Positions 51,901-64,000 of a DNA stretch of 64,000 nt are shown one piece after another. The DNA lies in the NCBI GenBank assembly GCA_964658305.1, contig OZ210885.1:7130001-7194000 (forward strand). The letters run 5' to 3'. Made by a program: the position numbers and the translations under genes. A model generated the notes under the pieces. The model saw only the letters and a program-made list of their open reading frames with translations, was not told where the DNA came from and ran no database searches. The stretch is from Leptogorgia sarmentosa (taxonomy: Eukaryota). Numbering within the stretch: position 1 is the stretch's first letter; each line of letters starts with the position of its first letter.

Positions 51901-54900
51901 TGGCTTATTCAATCTTGCGAACACTATATTATTGTTCTATTTCCAGTACCTTGCAATTGCGTGTTTTTGCAAGCGCTATATACAAATAAATAATAAAACA
52001 ATTATTGAATTCGGTCCTCGTAGGATATGGGGAATTATTCAGGCCTCGGTTTGTGTTATCTGCCTCAGCCTTCGGCTTCGGCAGATAACACGAACCTCGG
52101 CCTGAATAATTCCTCATATCCTACTCGGCCTCATTCAATAATTGTTTAATATTCCTGCGAAAACGCTAATTAACATAATGCAAAAATGAAACTTTTTAAT
52201 AGTTAACGAAATAAACGTAACCAGCAAAAACTCATGGTATTAGCCTTTCTCACGCTATGCGACCAGGCCTTAAATCCGCCATTTTTGGGTGGCAAATTGG
52301 TTGAATTATGTAAATTTTGTTTTATAGAAACAAAATTTAAACCAAATTTATCGTGTATTTTACCAAATACGAGACTGTCGCTAACTATGTGTGAAGTTTC
52401 AGCACAAAATGTTGAAACTTCGCTAAGAAAACACGCGATGAAAAATTGCATATTTTCGGCGAGTGTTTACATGGAAAAATTTGGCAATTTAAATCAAATT
52501 TTCAACACTTATGAATTAACTAAGTGACAAACAATTGTTTACAAGCGAAAAATTTTATCTTTTATGTTTTGATGACAAATAATCGACAAAAACAATGATT
52601 TTGCCACCCAAAAATGGCGGATTTTAAGGCCTGGTCGCATGGCGTGAGAAAGGCTAATTTCATTGTTCGTATAAGTTCGACACTTGAAGTTACTTACCGT
52701 ATTTGCAAACATAGAAAGCAGCGGCACTACAATTCTTCACGACCCACTTCATCTCCCCCCCATAAGGCATTTCGACACATCCCGAGTCAGGTAAATCACC
52801 GTCGACATTGTTGTAGAACACGGGACCGTAATCTTGATGACACAGTTTGCCTTGAGCGCAAACAATAGCCTGCATCCAAAGTGATTTTCTGGCTGGCTTC
52901 ACAAATGTCTCGTATAGGAATTTATTTTCATTTTCATTCTCTGCAGACACAAATTGCTGTCCTTGTTCGCATTTCGCAATGTGCCAAGGTCGTCGACCCA
53001 TCTTTTTGTAGCAATGGCTACCATGGGGGATGTATCCAGGGTCGCAATCTACGAAAATATCAAAATATCAAAATATAGCTCGCGCATTTTATGGGTTATC
53101 CTTATCTTAAATGCAGGTTATTAATCCAATCACTGACACAGGAAAATATTTGAGCCTGCAGTATAGCAGGTTTGAGCAATGTTTGTTGCCTAGATTTTTC
53201 ATGGTGTCAACAATATTTGTGAGTTTGAATCAGGTGTCACAATTAAAGCTGGACAATATTCAGTGTAGGAAGCCGCGAGTAATGAGAGCACAAAAAATGT
53301 TGTTGAATCTTTTTTTTATCGACACCGAAACATTATGTTGTTCATTTTTTGCTGGGTAATTAAGATTACTCAGCGAAATCTCTTTTCTCTTCCTCTTTAT
53401 TTATTCAATCAATATTTGTTTATCCTGATCAATAGACTCACGATTCACGAGACTGCGAAAGAATTCTAAGACATTTTACTGTGTTTTAATTAGCTACTTC
53501 GCCGCGTGATTGCTGTGATAATTTTCAAAAACCATATCATGTTCTAACTAAATTTGTTCTTTCGGTATTCTAAACCAAATTGCGGCAAATCCAATATAAC
53601 TCAAATTCCCCGCGCAGGAAAACATTAAATAATTGATAAGTAGTTGTTTCTGTTAAACGTTCGATTCAACATACAATTCAAATGATATACTAACCAACAT
53701 TTTGGCAGGTAGGACCACTGAATCCGGTGGGACAAATACATTCAAATCGTGTTCTGTTCATATTTCTACATGTGGCGCCATTAAAGCAAGGAATATTGGC
53801 ACAGGGATCGCCTAGAAATACAGTAAGTTAACATTATCAAGCGATATAACATAATTAATAAGCATTTTTTTTATTTAAAACTAGTGTTTACGACGAAAAT
53901 ATTTTGACGAACAAAAATACTCTTGGCTCACAATCTTGTTATTATATGGTTATTATTGCAAAAATAGTTCGCTGCATTCAAGTCTGTATTTGTGGGTAGA
54001 GAAATTTAAGAGAATAGAAAACTGGGCGCAGTGGAGTAGCAAGTTGATTTCACTTCCGAAGGTTGAATATATGAAAACGGGGCCCTAACTGTATATGTTC
54101 GTCAGAAATTTATTGTGAAAAATGTTTGAAATGAATCGAAGTAGTCAGTACATTTTGCACATTGATATCCTTCAAGTACATCCAAAAATTAGACAACTTG
54201 TTCGAGACATCTCTGGGGTAATACTCAATTATAACCAACATAACCCGACTCAACTATCACCTCGTCTATATATAGTAATCGAGCTAGTAAACTAATTGTT
54301 TTTGCAGAATTAGAGAACCAGTGGCGCCGGCAAGGGGGGGCAAGGGGGGGCAACTGCCCCCCCAATGTTTTCCAAATAGTAGTCTTCATTTTTATAATGA
54401 AAAAAAATGAAAGTGGAAAAGCACAATTATCCAGTGGCGTAGGAAGCCGCGACGGGGTGCAGGGGGGGCCGAAATATCTTTCGCCCCCCCATTAAGAGCT
54501 GGACCAGCTGTTGTATTTGGTTTGTAAACTGTGCGATTAGTTCGCAAGCTGTGGTTGTACTACATCTAAGACCTCTATACTTTATTCTGAGTGTTAAGGC
54601 TTTGGTTAACACTCTGAAATGGCCGTTTCCGGCGATCTAGAGGCTCTAAATTCTCAAAATTTTCTCGCTCGACGCCAACCATGGTGGCGTCTCGTGAGAC
54701 TCGGCTCCCACCCTCTTTAAAAACATACCTACGCGGCTACGTTACTGCAATTATCCGTCATGTAAGTGATCATTTATATCAAAACTTTGCTTGTCTATTG
54801 CGTAATGGGGTCATTGCCCCCCCCAAAAAAATCCTGCCGGCGCCACTGTAGAGAACAAACATAAAATTGGTGAGAATAATTTGAAAATGCGCGCTAAAAG

Positions 54901-57900
54901 AACATTTCTTCCAAAACATTCGCGAAGAAAATTATTGTTCTGCTACTCTCTAACTGTGGCAGAAGGACGACTAGTATAGAGCGGCAGCAAACGTTGACTA
55001 TAGCGTTTGTATTGTATTTAGTTTTAGTTTTAACAAATTTATTTGGATCTATCAAAAAGATATGTATGTTTACCAATTAAAGTATTGACAAATGCACAAT
55101 AGAAACAAGCATTTGTAATAGAATAATTAGCAGTAAGCAACGATCCAAAAGAGCAAGGTACGAACGGGACTCTTGGAAAATGATACCATAATACCTGCCA
55201 GCGAACAGTAAACATCAAACAAAGAATACTTGTATCCTAGTATGATTCCACTATAAAAACCATTTTTGTCACACATACTGCGAATGTCAATTACCCAATA
55301 ATAGCATATTTGTAATTGAAATTCTTACCACATTCTTCAAAACCAGGTTTTCCTTCCCAGTAAATAATGACACCCTTTGAACGGCAAGCCTGATCGTACG
55401 CTTCCAAAGCTTGACACCAGGCTCCAGATGGATTAGCGGCATTCATGGCGCACAAATCGTACTCACAGTTATGAATATGACCTTCTTCTGGTCTGACTCT
55501 TCCATTGCATTGGCTAAAAGGTGCCTGCTTCATTCTTCCGCACTTTTGTCTTATTGCATTGTATTCCGATGTGCCGAGTTTCTTGCATGAATCTGGTGGA
55601 ACGACGCCATTCGAGCAAAGTGGATTTGTTTTCCAGCTATTTGCAAACTCTGCAATGTTTTTAGCAATAGACCTGTCCGGTAGTTGAAAATCGTTGTCTG
55701 GATTATTATCAGCATTTCCCATCAAGCCACAGGTTTTGTTTGCATAACGTTGGTTAATCTTTACGATCATAACGGTACTGCCATCCCAGTGTACGGAGAA
55801 CAATAGAGCGGGAACATTTAAGAAAGCTCCTCGTCGATAGGCAGTAATTGTAGTTACCGGACCTAAAGTAGCGTAAACATGATCTATTTCAATTTTGATG
55901 TAACTAGAGTTTCTAGAATCTGATTGGTCGGCAAAAACGACTCTCAATTGATACGTTATTGACTGCCCAGTGAATGTAACATTTTTCGCATAATAAAAAA
56001 ATTAAAGTTCCTTTTTTTGGAAACTGAGTAATTTTACCGAGCCTGTAGTCATTGACTCAGCGACTACAGCAAAGTCCCATAACGCCCTTTAATTCTGATC
56101 GAGTACCTGTGTTTCAACTAAAAACACTTACAGGTATCTAACAATAAGATCATTGTGTTAATTTAAAAACTCAAACTCTGGAATATTATAGCAATAATGA
56201 ATCTTTATGAGTGCAATGGTAAGAATATTGTCATTTGGTGAAAATGGAATGTTTTATTCAACGAGGCGACAGCCGAGTCACATGGAACATTCCATTTTCC
56301 ACCTCATGAAAATATTATTACCATTGCACAAATAAAACATATATTATTTGTTTTATAATATAATATCACAATATCACAATAGGCTATTGCTTTTCAAGAA
56401 CAGCTTATTAAAAATCTGTATACTTTTCAAGGACTTTTTGAAGGATGGAAGTTACAAAAAAACATATAGAGTGAAATGGTGCACGTACTATTGCACTCTT
56501 TGGAATCGGAACTTTGAACTTTTTATTCAATATCACGTGACCATAGTTAACCAAATTAAATGACCTCAACGTGACGAGGTGTTATATAAAATGAAAACAT
56601 TCTTGCGGATTGTTGTCTGCATCGGGTGAAATACAATGAAAATTACCTGGCACTTTTTGTGAAAACTCCATAGTAAAATTGAGCGGTGGGTCTTGAGGCA
56701 ATGTAGATGATAAAGATCTCCACGGAAGACGAACACGAATTCCGTTGACATAAACGATCCCCGCTCTCTCCATTTTTACCTCCATTTTTTGAGTGAAAAT
56801 TCTAATGGACTTAGTGCAGCTCACAGTGCCACGACCACAAGGTTCATTCTGTTGAAGAACTTCAAAAGCGTGATCTTCGCTACAATCTTTGGTGAAAATA
56901 TATTCACACTTTCCCATGAAGTCATACGATTTTCCATCGAATGTTCTATAGTGAGGATCACCACTACCATATCCCTCTATCCAGAAATAAATTTATCATC
57001 AATAACCATTAAAGTGCCTATGCAATGAATTTTGTCTAATACTTTTTTAATTTCCTTGCAAAGATCACTTAAAATGACAATGTAACCTCTTCGGTAGAAT
57101 TCTTGTAAGTGCCTTCCTTCTCGAGATATTCAACACTGATCGTTATGACACTTATGACATCATATTGCATAATGAGTTTCTATGGCATCCCTTATTTCGT
57201 AGCATGTAGCAATAAAAATGAACTACAATGCACTTGTATGGACATAAGCTGTGATGAATTACTTGACCTTCCCATTTTTGTTTAGAATATGTTGATCAAT
57301 TTCTAAATTAATGATGATTTTTGTAAAGTCGTATCCTAATATACTTATACAATATCTTGAGAAGGAAGGGATATACAAAAAATCTATGCTATAGGTTACA
57401 CTATCATTTTGAGTGATCTTTACAATGCAATCAAAAAGACGTTTGACAAAATTTCGTTGCATAGGCACTTTAACAATGGAGATAATAAGGTGTATTTCGA
57501 GCTACACTTGCAACAGGCTCAATATCAGAGCGTGAATTAAGAGAACATATCGAAACATCACATATTTATACTGAGATTTTCCCTTTCTTATTTTTTTTTA
57601 TTAGGGTAACTGATCGCCAAATACTGCCAACGTTTGTCAGGAAGAATTGATTTTTGCCTCAAATCGCGCTAGTGAAGTATGGAATATGGATTCTGAAAAG
57701 GTTTTACGGTAAGCAGAGAAATTTAAATGGAATTTCTCACCTTTTTCACACTTTTCACCCGTCCAACCTTGCTCGCAAACACACTCGTACCCAGATCCTT
57801 TGTTGACGCATTTCTTTGAATTGACGCAGGGTTTGAGATCACATGGTCGTTCTGAAAAACATCCTAATATGTTGATCATAATTGTGTTAAAACCGAATTT

Positions 57901-60900
57901 CCTATATTTGTACATAAATCCATTCAATTTTTTATACAATTGATGTAATATTTTCAATTCACGTTATAGTTCTATCGTATCCAGACATATTCTTTTGACA
58001 AATCATAAACGTAGCAGCAATATCAAAGCAATTCCTCAGTTTTTCATTCCTCACGGATTCTGCACATATTTAATAAAAATCATCGCGCAGTACACTATCA
58101 AATTATCAATATGGCGGAGATTAATTCTCGAACACAAAAATTGGAGAACAGTGAATGGCCGTTTTTGCAAGCTTGATAAAAGCAGGGAGGAGATACAAAA
58201 GTCTGCAGTCTAAAAAGTAAGCACTAAGTAAAAGACCCTGAAAAGGGCTCAGGGCTATACCAGGGCTCATATGAAAAATGTTGTGAACGTTCCCATATAT
58301 TGAGACCCGAAAATAATATTTTATGTTAATTTTTATCGTTATTATAATTATCATAAACGCCAAGCCTGGAAAATCTCGGCGAATCCTCATTATTATCCAA
58401 CAATTACTGCGAAATTCGGGCAAATTTTTTGAACATAATTCGTTCAAAAATCTGAGGAATAAGGTAATGTCAACAATCCTTCATTTGTTAACCTGAGCGA
58501 GTATAGCGACAAAGTGGAGTTAGCTAGTACTCTGAAATCGTCGTTTCCGGCAATCTATAGAGGTTCTAAATGCCCGTTACTCCCGACAGATTCAGGCAAA
58601 GATCTTTCTCCCCCCCCCTGACAAAAATGTAGCCCGTACGTCTATGGAAACGAAAGTGTTTGAAAAACAGATAGTGCAGTTATATATAACTTTCCCAAAA
58701 CACTTTGCTAGAAAAAAAGAGTCCAAAACTTCTCGAATACCTGTACAATTCTTCCCAATAAATCCTGTGTTACATTTGCATCGGTAATCGGTGTTACTGA
58801 TATCCACACAGGTCCCATTTACACACGGATTGTCGATCGCACATGGAGGTGGCACTGAAAAAATAACATAATGAAAAAAGAACAACAATGTTTTCTCCAA
58901 CGAAAAGTAGTACATTATTCCTTCCATGTATATCTATAGCCAGACACTGAAGTTTGCTATTATATGACTGATATATGTGACTGAAACGCTCGTCAATTAT
59001 TGATGATGCACGAAATTGTCGTTATAAATAGTCGTTAGAAAACACGGCCGCGTTGACTGCAACACAATTATAGCTACAAACGCGGGAATTTTTGCGAGGG
59101 TTGCGTGGATTGCGCGGGAATTTTTGAAAAACAAAATACAAACGATATTTAATGCTGAAAAATTGAATGAATGTAATTAAAATCAATAAATTTATCTTTT
59201 TTGTTGTTCTTAAAAGGCTATTTACTAAAGGAAATTTCACTCGGGTGTATATATTCCACACAATTAGCTACTTAATTGTTTTTTTCCAAACTTCCACAAG
59301 TGTTTCTATATAAAGCCCGTTTTGCACTCACTGTTTCCGATTTCGCCGCCGCCGGCGAACAAAATTGAGAAAGGCATCACGCTTTTACATTCATCTGCGA
59401 CTGAAGAAAGTTGTTCCGACTCTCTAATTGTTGAAAATGTTCAACTTTTGTTAAGCCTTATAGGGCGAAAGATCAAAAGATTAATTTTTTGGAGGCGAAA
59501 TATTTCGCCAGCGGCGGGGAAATACGCGAGTGGAAAACGGACGAGTGGAAAACTCCTTAGCAACATGGCAAATGTTTTCTATTTCTTAGCATTGTTTAAT
59601 TGTAACAAAATAATCACCAAAACTAACTAAAGATACTTACACTAAAGATAGTTATTTACCTTCACAGTTTTTTCCGGCATAATGATTGATACATGTGCAT
59701 GCGTAGCCGTCCTTTGCATCTTTACACGTTCCTCCATTTTCACAAAGTTCTTTATCACACTGTAGTACTGAAATGTAAACACTGATTTCAAAAGGTTTCT
59801 TTGATGATTACAATTTTAACATTGAACCACATCGAAAATAGTTACGGAAGGCTGGCTTTGGACAAAATGTCCACGTCAATCAGAAAACTGAATGTTTAAA
59901 CAATGATTTATCTGGGATATTGCAGAATATAGGCAATATAGGCAATCATTGACAAAATATTGGGAACGCTATACACTTTCAGACGTTTCCCACCCCATAC
60001 AATGTTGCAATGACAGCAAATCTGCGACGACCCAACATCAATTTATCATTTATTCTATCAATTTGTTTGTAGGGAGGTGGTGAGATAGGGGGTAAACACT
60101 GTTGTTTATGGCGTTATACCATATTCTTTGCTTGATCGCATGTTAAATGTTGCTATCGTTCCAATTAATTTTGTCAATGATTGTAGTTATCAAAATGATA
60201 AACCAATAAAAACCATTAATTGACATATCCTTTAATTTTCTAGCAAATGAAGGCTACCGCGCCAATTGTCAAAACGTGAAAAAACACTTACCATAGCAAT
60301 ATTCACCGGAATAAGGTGGCTTACACACACATTTTCCATCAATACACGTACTCCCTTGGGGGTTACAAAAGTGGCCCACACAGCGATCCTCTAGAAAAAA
60401 GAATATACCTCTGATTCTCATCATTGTAATTGCTATGAAAATAATTATTGGATACAGACTGGTACAATATGGCATAAAGAAGAATTTAAAGACAAACGTA
60501 ATTACTTTCAACGAAACGAAATTGGTACAGGAAATAGGAAAGAAAACAAGTTTTGCCGGCATCCAATTTTGCCAAATTTTTGCCAAACATCAAAAGCTAA
60601 AAATCTTTAACTAGATTTACTTTCTGTCGCATCATTACTTCTACTTATATTTTTTCTAGTGGTTGTCGTTCTACAAACTAACAAACATCGAGCAATGTAA
60701 ATACTATTAGAAAAACTTAGATTTTTTCAAATCATCACATTTATCGCATTGCAATTGTCATTTCATTATATTTCTCTACCACAAGGTTCGATTACTTATT
60801 TGAATATTGATTATTTATCTGTATACTATGTACATAATTTATAAACATTTCATGGTTACTCGTAGGAAGTACAGGGATTTTAATGTCATTTATAAATAAA

Positions 60901-63735
60901 GAAATGAATATTGAATTTTATAAAGATTGAAAGTTAAATAAAACGATATGCAATTATAAGCCCTGTGTTGAACTGCCTAGAAAATTCAATATCCTATATC
61001 AATAAATCATAGTTGTGAGACCGGAACGATCAGTATGGTTTCATCACTCTTCGGATAGTTCACTATTTGACTAGGTACAGAATCTTTCTGAAAAATTTAT
61101 AGTAAACTTGGGGACAATAGACAATCAAAATCTCGTATGACGTTAGGACATGAATGCTGCCTCTCAATTAGCTATCGTTCTAGTTTCACTCGTGCTTCGT
61201 CATTCAACTTTACCTGGTTTCTTGCAGATATAATCACGTTTTTCCAACTTTGGTTGATCTGACCATTTTCCATCCCCTCGGATAACGACTGCGAAATCTT
61301 TGTTTCTTTGCCCAGGCGGATATTGTGGTCGCTTGTCAGGTTGACCAGGCGCCCAGTTAGTCCATAAGGCACCAGTGACATCCAAACGACATGTACTTCT
61401 TCTATGGCAGCGAGATAAACCTAGCCAATTGTTCCCTCCAAATGTATTCTTAAGAAAATTGTTCTCTTCTTCATCTTCTGGCTCCGCCAGTGTAGCCTCG
61501 TGGATTTCACATGCTTTTTTGGCGTTGTTCCAAGAATCAGTTGGAAACTTTTTATAGCAATTTTCTCTGCGTTCTTTCCAACCAGTTGGGCAAGCAGCTA
61601 GAAAATTTGAACAAACATCACTACTTGTTTGTAACGATTTCGATGGTAACATAATCAGCTGTAAGAACCCCGATAGCGCGTCAACGTGCAGTACGCCTGC
61701 AATAGACATTGTGCATTCCATTCCATCTTTTCACTGACGAAATATCCGGCAGAAACATTTTTAGAAATTTAATAAGAAAAATTTGAAAAAAACGTTGCAC
61801 GAAAAAAGTAATTCTTGAACTTATCTCCAACAAAACAAAGATTGCGCTTCACATTGACTTTTTTTCAACTAAATTGAAATTTCAGTCGAAAATCAGATGG
61901 GAATTAGAGGGGCAAATTTATTAGTACCCTGGGGCAAGGGTACTAATTCCGCACGGCTATTTGCACCTGGGTAAAGCAAAGCATAACGGATCCAAAGTTA
62001 TTTCGCTGCCATTTTGGGCGAAGTAACTACCAAGTTTTTTTACTCAAGAGATTGCGGGACGCGCCCCCCAGAATTTACACTATGAATGAATAAGTCAATG
62101 ACTCATCACTGATGTGAATTTTCGCCCCTCGAATATTTCCCGCATTATATAATTAACCAAGCAATATACTGGGGTGTTGGAAAAATATTTATTAACCGAT
62201 TCCACGGTTTGTTTCTACTTACATTTTATTTTCAGCCGAACGGTCTTTTTAACATTTCCATGTTTATTTCTCGCTTGACATCCATAAATCCCATTATCAC
62301 TTCCTCTTGCAGGAGACAATGTCAGAGTGGATGTAGTGATAAATACTCCGGCTGGATCTTTACTACCAACAAAATCTTCAGACATGTTTCGTAAAGGCAC
62401 GCCATCTTTGAGCCAGATTATCTCAGGTGCAGGTTTTCCGGTAGCTTCACATTTTGCAGAAATATTTTTTCCTTCAGTTGCGTTCCACTCAGATGGAAAT
62501 GAAACAATTTTTGGTCCCACTGGTAAAAAAAGCGTATGTTGAAAAGTAATTTTCTTAAATAAACATTTATGAAGAAAAACAAAACGATTGGTAACACCAT
62601 CACATGATATGGTTATCAATAAATATCTTACAACATTTCAAAACAAGTTGTAACTTCCAATTAATTTCTAAACGATTTTCAACGTCTAAATAAGCGGCAA
62701 TGCTCGTCATACTGTATCTTAAGTATCTTCTCCACTGAATTATTTTAACATCCTTCGAATTAACTGTGAACCTTTTGTCGATCTAACTGCAAGCCTACTG
62801 TATGTTTTTTTAGCGTTTCAGTTAACTACAACGATATATGACATCAATACGTCAAATACGATAATTATTCAATTAGTCATTGCAACACAATCTAAAAGTA
62901 ACTGATTTTTCTTCATCTGAAGTTTTAAATCCCGAATCAAAACTGCCAGTTGGATAATGAACAATAAAGATTAACATTCAATGTGAATTGTCAACACTAA
63001 TATAAGATGCTGCTTTAGTGAACTGGCAACCTCTACTCAGGGCCGTCGCTAGAACGTTAATTGGGGGGGGGGGGGGTGCATATTCATTTTTTGGCGTTAT
63101 GCCGACTGATTTCAAAAGAAATCAGTTGTTTATGAATTAATTTCTAAAGAAATCAGTCGGCAGAACGCCAAAATATGAATATGCACCCCTCCCAATTTTC
63201 GTTCTAGCGACGGCCCTGCCTCTACTGCGAATTGTTTACTCTTTTGTGAACAAGCGGACAATAATGAATGTTTTCAAGTTTTACACCATTATTTTTAACA
63301 TTCGGAATGACCGTGTAAATCCAGTAATCCCGACAAGAAAGCGAAAAAAATCTTTTTACCTACCAAGAACATTTAGTCTTATTCCGTGTTTGTGAGATGA
63401 TATAAGTGACCCATTTGTCAAATAGTGTAATTCCAAGGTATATACACCATCATCCACCATTTTTACATTTCTGACGTGCAGGATAATTTCTTTGCTGTTG
63501 CGAGGGCGTGTTGCAGTCCATGATCTACCTTTATAGGGATCATACGTGGCAAAAGCAAACTCGGACGTAGACACAGCTACATTAACATCCACAGTCAGTG
63601 AGGCGGATTTAAATTTGATACTAGCGGAAATAAAGTTTGTTTCTGCAGCTGTCGTAGTGAACTGCCATTTTAATTGAGCACTATATCCTAAGAGTACATC
63701 CACATCTGTATTTGAACTGTTTATTGTCAGACTTG
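45905..63735 (-). CDS. Multi-exon extracellular mosaic protein, 5' end outside the window: Ig-Ig-C-type lectin-EGFx4-VWD-C8-EGF-C-type lectin-unknown-cadherin x2-VWA
   Basis: GT-AG exons read by eye: 63735-63364, 62519-62223, 61597-61214, 60390-60292, 59767-59660, 58854-58741, 57863-57741, 56976-56647, about 55962-55329 (acceptor phase unresolved), 53811-53695, 53048-52698, 51272-51141, 50778-50654, 49808-49648, 48661-48382, 47602-47374, 46982-46659, 46152-45905. Motifs [47 protein letters not shown] and LTDG. Confidence 0.85.
49287..49500. mobile_element. Palindromic MITE (intronic)
   Basis: Inverted arms of about 85 bp, AAGCCTGCCG..CGGCAGGCTT. Confidence 0.75.
50858..51119. mobile_element. 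Degenerate MITE (intronic)
   Basis: CAGGGTGAGT..ACTCAGCCTG termini flanked by CATA on both sides. Confidence 0.6.
52241..52656. mobile_element. MITE with TIRs of about 55 bp (intronic)
   Basis: TAGCCTTTCTCACGC..GCGTGAGAAAGGCTA. Confidence 0.8.
54319..54848. mobile_element. hAT-like MITE with a nested hAT-like MITE (54432-54747)
   Basis: TIR CAGTGGCGCCGGCA with TSD TAGAGAAC; nested TIR CAGTGGCGTAG with TSD CAATTATC. Confidence 0.88.
57013..57469. mobile_element. TTAA-targeting MITE (Kolobok-like)
   Basis: TTAA-AGTGCCTATGCAA...TTGCATAGGCACT-TTAA. Confidence 0.8.
63038..63218. mobile_element. hAT-like MITE
   Basis: TIR CAGGGCCGTCGCTAGAACG; 8-bp TSD CCTCTACT. Confidence 0.9.
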
Positions 63736-64000
63736 CTAAATGGGAGAAAATAAAATGTGATTAGTCAGGAATAAAGATGATTATTATTTAATTCAAATAA
63801 TTCAAGAGTTTTGATTGGTTAAGAGCAGTGCAATAAATCCTCATATACGACATTATGACGTAATTATATCGTATATTGAAAATGATATGACATTATGACG
63901 TCGACCAATTTATGCTGCTTATGCCAAAAGCTGAAAAAAGGTTCTTGTGTACAATGCGTTTACCCTAAGCCTGATAAAGATACAAATAAATATTAAAACA

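Overview
AT-rich, intron-containing animal DNA, most consistent with a cnidarian or other marine invertebrate (inferred from gene and repeat content). 1-15.3 kb: an intronless myo-inositol-1-phosphate synthase gene is split by a 9.0-kb nested insertion. The outer element is non-coding (about 2.2 kb, TIRs, 6-bp TSD). The inner element is 6.8 kb (TIRs, 8-bp TSD) and encodes an unusual putative DDE transposase fused to a RING-like finger and a papain-fold, tegument-type deubiquitinase-like domain. A convergent intronless RING-TRAF-Kelch gene shares homologous 5' and 3' flanks with the inositol synthase gene. 17-30 kb: decaying tandem tRNA modules (His/Pro/Asn, Arg) with many MITEs and a GPCR pseudogene. 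30-45 kb: a compact intronless AMBRA1-like gene, a Crypton tyrosine-recombinase relic, an alpha-1,3-fucosyltransferase gene, a 26-bp satellite and tRNA-Thr genes. 45.9-64 kb: the 3' part of a large spliced extracellular mosaic gene (Ig-Ig-CTL-EGFx4-VWD-C8-EGF-CTL-?-cadherin x2-VWA). All calls come from reading the sequence; no searches were run.
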